Shown: piece by piece, positions 8,156 to 16,544 of the stretch | Layout of the letters: each line of letters begins with the position of its first letter | Position numbering within the stretch: position 1 is the first letter of the stretch | NCBI GenBank assembly: GCA_015523565.1 | Contig: WAKA01000072.1 | Span: 1-20,170 of the forward strand | Source of the DNA: Candidatus Heimdallarchaeota archaeon | GTDB lineage: Archaea > Asgardarchaeota > Heimdallarchaeia > Heimdallarchaeales > Kariarchaeaceae | Length of the DNA: 20,170 nt | Direction of reading: 5' to 3' | Translations under genes and position numbers: made by a program | Notes under the pieces: model-generated | What the model was told of the DNA's origin: nothing | What the model saw: the letters and a program-made list of their open reading frames with translations, nothing else | Databases searched by the model: none

Positions 8156-9457
8156 TTACCTCTCTTGCAGAGGGACAAACTTTCTTTCTGTATGTCCAAT
8201 ATAAATCTGCCTTGGTCTATGAATGCGGAATTCAGGGTCTGCTCTCATTTCTTTCCATTGTGCAATCCATCCAGGGAGTCTTCCGAGTGCAAACATGACA
8301 GTAAACATTTCCTTGGGGATGCCCAATGCCCGATAAATGATACCACTGTAAAAGTCCACATTTGGATAGAGTTTTCTTTCAATGAAATATTCATCATTCA
8401 GGGCAACTTCCTCAAGTTTTTTGGCAATATCCAACAACGGGTCTTCAACCCCAAGTTCGGCAAGGATTTCGTCAGCGGCCTTCTTCAAGATACGTGCCCG
8501 TGGATCGAAATTCTTGTAGACCCTATGACCGAATCCCATGAGTCTGAATCCTGAAGACTTATCCTTTGCCATGTTCACATACTTTTCAATGTCGCCGTTA
8601 TCTTTCTGGATTGCTTCGAGCATCTCAATGACTGCCTGATTTGCACCACCATGTAATGGTCCCCAAAGAGCGGAGACTCCTGCCGCAATGGCAGAATACA
8701 TATTTCCTTTTGAGGAGCCAACCATCCTGACAGTTGATGCGGAACAATTCTGTTCATGGTCTGCATGGAGAATAAGCAATTGGTTCAGAGCCTTTTCAAC
8801 AACAGGATTGACTTGATAGTCATCTGTTGGGGATTTTTTGAACATCATGTTAAGGAAATCTCCAACATATCCCAATTTTGGATCTGGGTAGATATAAGGC
8901 TGACCAATCGATTTTTTATAGCTGTATGCGGCAATTGTCTTGACTTTTGCGAGGAGTTTGATAATATCACTCCTATGATCCTCATGTTCATTTTCAGGGG
9001 GATGGAAAGTTGAGAGAGCGGTAATCATGGAGCTTAGAACGGCCATAGGGTGAGCAGTTGCGGGGAATCCTTCGAAGAATTTTTTCATATCCTCATGGAT
9101 CATTGCATTTTCCTTGAGTTCATTTTCAAATTCATCCAATTGGGATTTTGTTGGAAGCTCTCCAAAAATGATAAGATACATCACTTCAGTGAAAGATGCA
9201 TTTTTTGCCAAGTCTTCAATATTATAACCCCGATATCTTAAGATCCCTTCTTCACCATTAATGAAGGTAATTGCACTTTTACAAGATCCAGTGTTTGCAT
9301 ATCCTGGATCGTAAGTGATTACTCCACCAGAGAGTGCCCTTAATTTCTTGATATTGATTGCCATTTCCCCTTCTGAGCCGATGATTACAGGCAACTCAAT
9401 TTCCTTATCGCCGATAATTATTTTTGCGGTGGTAGGATTTTCTCCTGACATAAGCAT
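8156..9457 (-). CDS. gltA: Citrate synthase, bacterial type II-like
   Basis: YDPGYANTGSCKSAITFINGEEGILRYRGY, HADHEQN, WGPLHGGAN, GFGHRVYKNFDPRA, YPNVDFYSG, RPRQIY. Alternative start at 9451. Confidence 0.97.
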   Translation of the reverse strand: MLMSGENPTTAKIIIGDKEIELPVIIGSEGEMAINIKKLRALSGGVITYDPGYANTGSCKSAITFINGEEGILRYRGYNIEDLAKNASFTEVMYLIIFGELPTKSQLDEFENELKENAMIHEDMKKFFEGFPATAHPMAVLSSMITALSTFHPPENEHEDHRSDIIKLLAKVKTIAAYSYKKSIGQPYIYPDPKLGYVGDFLNMMFKKSPTDDYQVNPVVEKALNQLLILHADHEQNCSASTVRMVGSSKGNMYSAIAAGVSALWGPLHGGANQAVIEMLEAIQKDNGDIEKYVNMAKDKSSGFRLMGFGHRVYKNFDPRARILKKAADEILAELGVEDPLLDIAKKLEEVALNDEYFIERKLYPNVDFYSGIIYRALGIPKEMFTVMFALGRLPGWIAQWKEMRADPEFRIHRPRQIYIGHTERKFVPLQER

Positions 9458-9597
9458 TCTTGTGATTGATATTTTATAAAAAAATAATATGTGCCATAAA
9501 CTATTGTAAATTTATTTTTTATTTTTTGATCAGAATATGCTTAATCATAGCACATTTTCGTTCAAATGGAAATCATTTTATTCTTAGAATAATAAGA

Positions 9598-10620
9598 TTA
9601 TTTCCAAGGGTCCAATATTACTTTTCCAATATTCTTTCGTGCGTGGATGAAAGAATGAGCTTTTGATGCGTCAGAAAGCGGAAACACTTTATGGATAACT
9701 GGATGAATATCTTTTTCTTCAACTAATGCCTTCAATTTTTCCCAAGCAGGTCGTATGATTTCAGGATATTTTCGTAGGTAACCAACATGAAGCCCCATGA
9801 ATCCTTTACTGTTCCGTAGAAGGTCACGGAAAGAGACTCTTGGAATAGCTCTCCAAGCTTTGAAAAGAGAGATTGGATTTTTTTTGGAATATTGGATTCC
9901 AGTTGCCCCAATCGATACCAACCGACCCATTGGTGCAAGAATCTTCATGCTTCTTTTGAAGACATCCCCACCCATTGTTTCCAAGATGAAATTGGGTTTA
10001 ACAGGCATCTTTTGGTCAAAATCATCATAAGAATAAGGTTCAGCCCCTAAGTTTTTGATCTTTTGCCTTTTATGTTCACTCCCTGTAGTGGCATGAACAT
10101 CAAGACCTAAGGCGTTGCCAAGTTGAATGGCCGCGGTTCCCACGCCTCCTGCACCAGAATGCACCAACATCACTTCCTTTTCCCTGACCCTTGCCATTTC
10201 AGTCATGGCAATCCAAGCAGTAAAATAAGTGGCAAGAAAAGAGGCGCCTTCTTGAAAATTAAAGTGGTTGGGCATCGGAAGCGCAAGAGATTCTTGGATA
10301 GTTATGTATTGAGCATATCCTCCAGATTGAACACCCAAAATAACTCGGTCACCCACTTCAAAATTGCGGACATCTTTTCCCTTTTCGATAACTTCACCTG
10401 ATGCTTCCAAACCTAATATATATGGTAATTTTGGTGCCCAAGAGTACCTGCATTGCCTTGATAAAAGATCTGCATAATTAACTCCAGAATAGTGAATTTT
10501 CACCAATAACTCATTTGCAGTTGGATGGGGATCAGGAACTTCACTGATTTGCAAGACATCTGGAGAACCACATTTGCTGAGAACTATTGCCTTCATTAAT
10601 TTCGATGGGAGAAGGGGCAA
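9598..10620 (-). CDS. NADPH:quinone oxidoreductase, VAT-1-like MDR family
   Basis: GVNYADL, LGLEASGEV, YFTAW, HSGAGGVG nucleotide-binding loop, KNIGKVIL. No Zn-ADH Cys cluster. Start is either TTG at 10620 or ATG at 10596. Confidence 0.9.
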   Translation of the reverse strand: MPLLPSKLMKAIVLSKCGSPDVLQISEVPDPHPTANELLVKIHYSGVNYADLLSRQCRYSWAPKLPYILGLEASGEVIEKGKDVRNFEVGDRVILGVQSGGYAQYITIQESLALPMPNHFNFQEGASFLATYFTAWIAMTEMARVREKEVMLVHSGAGGVGTAAIQLGNALGLDVHATTGSEHKRQKIKNLGAEPYSYDDFDQKMPVKPNFILETMGGDVFKRSMKILAPMGRLVSIGATGIQYSKKNPISLFKAWRAIPRVSFRDLLRNSKGFMGLHVGYLRKYPEIIRPAWEKLKALVEEKDIHPVIHKVFPLSDASKAHSFIHARKNIGKVILDPWK

Positions 10621-10760
10621 TTTAGTTTATTGTTGAAAAAATCGTTAAATGCCAACATGAAGATGTTTCAAATAATTGATAATTTAAATAGAAAAACATA
10701 TTGGAGCCAAAGTTGGTTTTTCACTAAAACCTATAAAGATAATTGCAATATCATCCATAG

Positions 10761-12023
10761 ATGGAAAAGATTGTTGACCATGAAATGCACAACCCAAAAA
10801 GAATGGTCTTGATGTCGGTGATGGTTCCCACGTTAGGCGCATTTGTAGTTGTTTTTGTAACAGGAGGGATTTTCAGAGATATCCTCTTTAGGTTTAGTAG
10901 CACAATATATTATCCGAGTTTAGGCATTTTCACTTCAGTTTCAGTATTTACCATCTTATTTTGGCGAACAAGGCATTTCAATATGCAAAGCAAAATTTTA
11001 TTGTTGCTAATGTCCATTTGCTTAGTTTTATTCAACCTGATCAATACTTTTGAATGGAAAACCTCACAATATTATCCGCCATTACAGAGACCGATAGGTC
11101 ATCCTCTTTTGAATCTGGCAGATTCATTGTTAATAATGTTTATAGTCATAACATATTTTCACTTTGTAAGTCTAAGATACAGGGACTTCACGCCATTGCC
11201 TTCATCTTTTGTAATTTTATTGGCGGCACCAGGATTTTTGACCACAAATTTGGAGATTGTTTTTCAGGATGAAACAAGCTATGCACATTTGCAATATGCA
11301 ATGGGATATTTTCTGCCATTATTAGGCATAGCGACTATTGGTGTTGCCATTTTTGTGATACATGTCTCTTACAAGATTTATTCATCAACTACAATATTGC
11401 AGATACGCCAAGGGTCATTTGAGATTATTGGATCTGTAATATTCCTTTCATATGCATTTGTTTCACAGGCATTGACGCGAGATACTTTCAATTTTGCGGG
11501 GGTTGAAATCAGGATACTGCAACTGCTGTTGTTTGTAATAGGAACAACCTTGTTTACCTTTGTCTATGCAAAGAGACCAATATTCACTTATGCATTACCA
11601 ATAAGATTACAGGAGATGATTATCTATTCCGCGGGAGGTATTCCCATATGGGATATTTGTTTTACCCATCCAACAGAAAATGCAAGGACAGGATTGAAAA
11701 CTAGTGCCTTGACAGCTATAGGTGAACTGGTCAAGGATCTTTCTGGATTCAAGGGAAGAATTAAGGAGTTAATATTGGAAGATGGAAATCTTTTACTCAA
11801 TCATTATCAGAAATATTCGTTTTGTATAATTGCAGATTCCATTTCAATGCAATTGAGGAATAGTTTTATTGAATTTTCAAATCAGCTTGATGACTACCTC
11901 ATGAAAAAGGAAGACATGAATTGGGGAGTTATGCCAGACCCAGAAGAATTTTTTGTGCCATTGGTGACCAAATTCTTTCCCATTGAATTTACGACATCAA
12001 AACTTGAAGAGTTAAAGACATGA
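10761..12023 (+). CDS. Multi-pass membrane protein (7-8 TM) with a C-terminal longin/roadblock-like cytoplasmic domain
   Basis: About eight hydrophobic segments followed by LQEMIIYSAGGIPIW...TSALTAIGELVKDL...IKELILEDGNLLL...FCIIAD...LRNSFIEF, a beta-beta-alpha-beta-beta-beta-alpha pattern. TATAAA lies 23 nt upstream. Confidence 0.7.
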   Translation: MEKIVDHEMHNPKRMVLMSVMVPTLGAFVVVFVTGGIFRDILFRFSSTIYYPSLGIFTSVSVFTILFWRTRHFNMQSKILLLLMSICLVLFNLINTFEWKTSQYYPPLQRPIGHPLLNLADSLLIMFIVITYFHFVSLRYRDFTPLPSSFVILLAAPGFLTTNLEIVFQDETSYAHLQYAMGYFLPLLGIATIGVAIFVIHVSYKIYSSTTILQIRQGSFEIIGSVIFLSYAFVSQALTRDTFNFAGVEIRILQLLLFVIGTTLFTFVYAKRPIFTYALPIRLQEMIIYSAGGIPIWDICFTHPTENARTGLKTSALTAIGELVKDLSGFKGRIKELILEDGNLLLNHYQKYSFCIIADSISMQLRNSFIEFSNQLDDYLMKKEDMNWGVMPDPEEFFVPLVTKFFPIEFTTSKLEELKT

Positions 12024-12108
12024 TAATCAACACAGAACCGTACATATAAAGGATTAAGGGTAAAACGTAAAAATTATATCTATGATAATATAATTATATA
12101 GTGATAAA

Positions 12109-13023
12109 ATGATTGAAAGTATAATAATTATTGCATCTATTGGCATTGCCGTTTATTTATTGATAGCTCTTCTTCTCTTTCTTTTTTTCAGCAATAACAT
12201 ATTATTATGGAGATCCAGAAGGTATTCCATACCATATGGAAGAGATGAAGGTTATCAGGAAAGAAAGGAACTTAAGAATCCCCGGATTGTATATTGGCTT
12301 TGTCACAATCCCAGACAACAAAACGAGGATGATTGGGTTGTGCTTTTACATAGTTGGGGTAGAAATTCTGGGAGAATGGTAACACGTGCATCCGTTTACT
12401 GGGAATTAGGATTTTCGCTTATTTTTCTTGATGCAAGATCCCATGGCGAAAGTGAATATTCGTGGCCATCCAATGGATTTACATTTGGAGAAGACGCCAT
12501 TAGGGTAGCTGAGAAAGAAGGCATAAGGAATCCAATTGTTCATGGCCTTTCTGCCGGTGCGATAGCGGCAGTTGTTTTTGCAAAGCATCGACAAGTACGG
12601 GCATTGGTTTTGGAAGCATTAGTCAGTGACTATGAAACCATGGTTTATGACACAATGAGGTTTTTCCATCTGCCAAGGTTTTTGTTTGGATGGGTGGCTA
12701 GACTCCTTCTCAATCAAAACTTGCCTTTCGATTTTTATGAACCTAAAAAGGTACTACCAAGCTTAGATAGTCCAATCTTCCTAATTCATGGGGAGAATGA
12801 CAGATGGTTTTTGCCAAATCATCATTATGAAATAAATAAAAGGGCACTTAAGGGTAAAGATGCGGAATTTTGGTTGGTTCCTGGTTCAAAACACTCAAAA
12901 ATGGCACAACATCCAGAATATGAACAAAAACTCCTTTCTTTTTTGGTAAGGAATGTTCTAAAGCAGAAAGCAATAAAGAAACCTATGAAAGCGATTGCTA
13001 TCGATCAGCCTATAAAGAATTGA
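12109..13023 (+). CDS. Membrane-anchored alpha/beta hydrolase
   Basis: N-terminal TM, VLLHSWG, DARSHGES, nucleophile elbow GLSAG, LIHGEND (Asp) and GSKH (His). Confidence 0.88.
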   Translation: MIESIIIIASIGIAVYLLIALLLFLFFSNNILLWRSRRYSIPYGRDEGYQERKELKNPRIVYWLCHNPRQQNEDDWVVLLHSWGRNSGRMVTRASVYWELGFSLIFLDARSHGESEYSWPSNGFTFGEDAIRVAEKEGIRNPIVHGLSAGAIAAVVFAKHRQVRALVLEALVSDYETMVYDTMRFFHLPRFLFGWVARLLLNQNLPFDFYEPKKVLPSLDSPIFLIHGENDRWFLPNHHYEINKRALKGKDAEFWLVPGSKHSKMAQHPEYEQKLLSFLVRNVLKQKAIKKPMKAIAIDQPIKN

Positions 13024-13037
13024 GAGAAACCAATCCT

Positions 13038-14522
13038 ATGGCCAATGACAACCTTTTAGTGGGATTGCCAGGATTTCGTGATTTCTATCCGGAGATATGG
13101 GAAGAGATTTCATTCGTCATTAAGAGAATGAAAGAAGTATGTAAGAGGTACAACTATGTGGAATATGAGGGACCATCGTTGGAACCTATTGAATTGTTTG
13201 AAGCAAAATCTGGGGAAGGGTTAATGGGGGAAGTTTTCCATGTCAAGGACATCAATGGTAGGCATTTGGTTTTACGTCCAGAACAGACACCAACATTGGC
13301 CAGAATGTTAGCCAAGGAACAGCAAAGATATCAAAAGCCGATAAGATGGTTTTCTATACCACGTCTTTTCCGAGATGAGACACCACAAAAAGGAAGATTA
13401 AGGGAATTTTGGCAATTGAATGCAGATATTCTTGGTGAAGAGTCAATACTTGCAGATGTTGAGGTGATTGCGCTTGCCATTGACATTGTCAGGGCATGTG
13501 GATTAGCAGACAATGAGTTTGTTGTTTATGTAAACAACCGGAAACTTCTGTCTACAATGTTAAAAGAGTTGGGATTGGAAAAGCTGTCCACAAGCATTAT
13601 TCAAACAATTGACCGGAAACAGAAATACATGCAAGAATACGTTGAGAAGCAACTATCCTCGACATCATCAAATGCAAAGGAATATGCAATGTACTTCCGG
13701 AGATTGTTGGTTGCATCAGGACAATTTTTAGATAAGCTTCTTAAGGAATCCCCACAGGAATTGATGCCGTACTATGAGAGGAGGGATGAAATTGGCAGAC
13801 AGGTTCTTGAACAAGAATTAGGGAAAATAGGGGTAGGGACGGATGCAATAAAGACAATTATTTCAATTACCTCATTTCAAGCAAAAGGAGACAAGTTCCA
13901 AGACGAGATTGAACGCGTTGATATCCCAGATTATCTAGAACCAGTTATAAATGAATTTAAGCAAATGGCGGTATATTTGGATGCCACAGGAGCCCTAGAT
14001 CCAGTGGTCTTTGATTTTGGACTTGCAAGGGGATTGGATTACTATACTGGATTTGTTTTTGAGGGGTTTGACAAGACAGGGGAGGTTGTAAGGGCAATTT
14101 TTGGAGGAGGGAGATATGAAGACCTAGTAAGTGCAATTGGTGGAGAGCCACTTGCTGGTGTTGGGTTCGGGATGGGAGACGCAGTCATTTTGGAAATACT
14201 GAAGTCAAAAGGGAAGCTTACAGCGGACAAGTCCAAAATGGTTGATTTGTATATTGCACCTTTAAAAAGTGGACAGATCCCTAAATCACTAAGTATTGCA
14301 AATAAACTAAGAGGAAAATACCAAGTGCTTTGCAATCCTTTCAAGTGGAAATTGAAGAAACATTTGGAAATTGCAGACCAGTATTCTGCAAGATATACAA
14401 TCATTATAGGACCAAGAGATGTTGAGAATAAAGTCATCAGTCTGCGAGACATGAAATCCAAGGAAACGCAAACAATCCCAGAAAATGAATTGGAAGATAA
14501 GTTGCAAGAATTGATAAAATAA
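13038..14522 (+). CDS. hisS: Histidyl-tRNA synthetase
   Basis: GFRDF, LRPEQT, FRDETPQKGRLREFWQ, LARGLDYYTG, GGGRYEDL, VGFGMG and a C-terminal anticodon-binding domain. ATG at 13038 preferred over TTG at 13020. Confidence 0.97.
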   Translation: MANDNLLVGLPGFRDFYPEIWEEISFVIKRMKEVCKRYNYVEYEGPSLEPIELFEAKSGEGLMGEVFHVKDINGRHLVLRPEQTPTLARMLAKEQQRYQKPIRWFSIPRLFRDETPQKGRLREFWQLNADILGEESILADVEVIALAIDIVRACGLADNEFVVYVNNRKLLSTMLKELGLEKLSTSIIQTIDRKQKYMQEYVEKQLSSTSSNAKEYAMYFRRLLVASGQFLDKLLKESPQELMPYYERRDEIGRQVLEQELGKIGVGTDAIKTIISITSFQAKGDKFQDEIERVDIPDYLEPVINEFKQMAVYLDATGALDPVVFDFGLARGLDYYTGFVFEGFDKTGEVVRAIFGGGRYEDLVSAIGGEPLAGVGFGMGDAVILEILKSKGKLTADKSKMVDLYIAPLKSGQIPKSLSIANKLRGKYQVLCNPFKWKLKKHLEIADQYSARYTIIIGPRDVENKVISLRDMKSKETQTIPENELEDKLQELIK

Positions 14523-14858
14523 TCAAAAGATAAAGAAATTAAAAATTGCAATCCATAAATACAGGAATATGAAAAATCCCATCATCACCCCATGCCTAAA
14601 AGCACGAGTGTTTGTCATTTCCTTCAGGTTGTATTTTTTCTTCACGTAAATCCCGAAAACATATGATTGGATGAAATAAAAGAAAAGTCCAACCCATCCC
14701 AAGGTAGTTTTGCTGGTATTATAAACGACACCAGAAACAATCCCCATGAGAATTCCTGAAAGGGTGCTTGCCAACAACTTGACAGAATAAGCCTTATCAA
14801 CGTCCTTGAATTCCTTGAATTTCCAAATAGCGCCTGGTGTTTGGGCTGGTGAAGACAT
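14523..14858 (-). CDS. Three-TM Rab5ip/EMC6-family (EMC6/OPTI-like) membrane protein
   Basis: Three TM helices with the pattern Y-x-x-K-x(6)-GILMG...GWVGLFFY...GVMMGFFIFLYLWIAIFN at the extreme C-terminus, resembling EMC6/RAB5IF as I recall them. Confidence 0.7.
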   Translation of the reverse strand: MSSPAQTPGAIWKFKEFKDVDKAYSVKLLASTLSGILMGIVSGVVYNTSKTTLGWVGLFFYFIQSYVFGIYVKKKYNLKEMTNTRAFRHGVMMGFFIFLYLWIAIFNFFIF

Positions 14859-14879
14859 TAAATCAATCTTTTTCTTGCG

Positions 14880-14897
14880 TTAAATAAACTCTTTTGT
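14880..14897 (-). promoter_or_regulatory. BRE/TATA promoter for a probably leaderless transcript
   Basis: Minus strand CAAAAGAG-TTTATTTAA ends about 21 nt before the ATG at 14858; no SD. Confidence 0.5.
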
Positions 14898-14906
14898 GTT
14901 TCACAA

Positions 14907-15371
14907 TTAGATATAACCAATAATAAGGTCCACTTGAGCCCAATAGTCAGGCTCATTGGTAAATTTTTCTATGATTCTATCAATCAGGAGAGTGTCTTCC
15001 TTGATTTCATCATAAAATTGCCTTGGCCAGATGGCGATAAGGTGGATTCTTCCATCAGCCAATGCACCAAAGAGTATTCCGATTTTTTGACCCGTTTCAC
15101 GCATAATGCCCATTAGAGCCCATATGGCAAGACCAGTCATATCCTCGCCTGTATCGGAAATAATTTTTTTGAGGTTTCTGAAGACCGAATAATGGTCAAG
15201 TTCAACAGACAGTTTTACAATGGTATCTATAAATGATCTATCCAAAGTTGGTTCTCCGAGGATCGTTGAAACATCAAAAAATTTTATCAGCATGTCGTCC
15301 TTTTCTGAAGTTTGGTCAGCCCCCTCAAGTATTAATTGCCACGTGGGAGGGTCAGATTCAAGAGTCATCAT
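14907..15371 (-). CDS. Hypothetical acidic soluble protein
   Basis: 154-aa ORF fills the gap. CGCAAAAA-TGATATATA promoter-like element about 20 nt upstream. No family recognised. Confidence 0.75.
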   Translation of the reverse strand: MMTLESDPPTWQLILEGADQTSEKDDMLIKFFDVSTILGEPTLDRSFIDTIVKLSVELDHYSVFRNLKKIISDTGEDMTGLAIWALMGIMRETGQKIGILFGALADGRIHLIAIWPRQFYDEIKEDTLLIDRIIEKFTNEPDYWAQVDLIIGYI

Positions 15372-15410
15372 TTACACAAGCACATTTGCATATATATCAT
15401 TTTTGCGACC

Positions 15411-16037
15411 TTAAACCTGTAACTTGATGCCTTCAGGAGTAACAATGTCAAAGGTATCTCCAGGAACAGATAGCAGATATCTTCCGTCTCGTAAATTGGT
15501 AACTGTAGATGTGCCAGGAGCAACAACGGTGATTGTTGCGTCTGCAATTGGCTCTACTTGACCATTAGATGTTTTCAATAAGGTAATATATGACCCTGAT
15601 TTGGAAGCGCTGAATGAGATTGGGACATTCAATGTCTGATTCAGTGTATTTTTGGCGTCTTTTAAGATAACCAAGTATGTCACGTCAATTGAATAGGAAG
15701 ATGGCGCTAATGTATTGCCTATCGAAAATTTGGTTATGGTAAACGAAGAGGTGTATCCTCTTTTCAAGAGATAGTTCGTCAATGAAGCCAGTTGAGTTTT
15801 TAATTCAACATCAACATTTGAGGTATTTTTACCTTGAGTAAATCTGGCAAGACCCGTGACTGTCAAATCATATAGATTGTCAACAGTATTTCTCCAAGTA
15901 GAAACAAAAATTTCGGTGCCCGATGAAGGGTCTGTGTAGTTTGCTTTCTGAATGTCAAGCAACAATGATGTAATTGACACAAAAAAAGTAAGCATCAAAA
16001 GTGTAAGCAATAAAAAAATTTGACTTCTTCTTTTCAT
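15411..16037 (-). CDS. Type IV prepilin-like protein (class III signal peptide)
   Basis: MKRRS/QIFLLLTLLMLTFFVSI. ATG at 16037 follows a GAGGTG SD. Ser/Thr-rich beta C-terminus; co-oriented with the TadC genes. Confidence 0.7.
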   Translation of the reverse strand: MKRRSQIFLLLTLLMLTFFVSITSLLLDIQKANYTDPSSGTEIFVSTWRNTVDNLYDLTVTGLARFTQGKNTSNVDVELKTQLASLTNYLLKRGYTSSFTITKFSIGNTLAPSSYSIDVTYLVILKDAKNTLNQTLNVPISFSASKSGSYITLLKTSNGQVEPIADATITVVAPGTSTVTNLRDGRYLLSVPGDTFDIVTPEGIKLQV

Positions 16038-16046
16038 TTTCACACC

Positions 16047-16544
16047 TCAAAGTTTCCAAGCCGTAATTTGGAATCGATACCTCTCATAGACGGGACCATT
16101 AGTCGCCGAGTTGTGGGAGGGAGAATAGTATTCATAGACTAGAAGCGAGGTATCAGGAAGCTGGACAGAGTTTTGATTTGCCAAATCAATGAGCACATAG
16201 GTATCATTGTTGTTTGCATCGTAGTAAAGGCTGACGAAGAATTGAAAATTTGCAGGCAATGATGCTTTCAATGAATTAACCAAGGCCTGTTCAGTTGGAT
16301 TGGTTGACGAAAGAGAAGAACCACCGAGATAGGCAGTACGTGCGTCATCAAAATATTTGTAGAGTATTCCAGACTCTTTTGCCGCGAGTACCGCGTTCTC
16401 CAAATAAGCAAGATCCTCAGAGGGATTGTCTTGAATAGGTTCAGAAAAATTTTGGGAGGAAAAAAGAGTTGTTAACAGGATAATTATTACTCCTATGGCT
16501 ACGAGAACTTCGATGACAAACAGTTGGCTTCTTTTTCGTTTCAT
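16047..16544 (-). CDS. Type IV prepilin-like protein (class III signal peptide)
   Basis: MKRKRS/QLFVIEVLVAIGVIIILL. ATG at 16544 follows a GGAGGTG SD and forms an ATGA overlap with the upstream stop. Confidence 0.78.
   Translation of the reverse strand: MKRKRSQLFVIEVLVAIGVIIILLTTLFSSQNFSEPIQDNPSEDLAYLENAVLAAKESGILYKYFDDARTAYLGGSSLSSTNPTEQALVNSLKASLPANFQFFVSLYYDANNNDTYVLIDLANQNSVQLPDTSLLVYEYYSPSHNSATNGPVYERYRFQITAWKL

Noticed and set aside
9476-9522. Imperfect A/T inverted repeat upstream of gltA
   Set aside because: It consists almost entirely of homopolymer runs, which is expected by chance in AT-rich intergenic DNA.
12088-12099. Palindrome ATATAATTATAT upstream of the hydrolase gene
   Set aside because: A/T-only, single copy and within promoter-like DNA; it cannot be distinguished from background.
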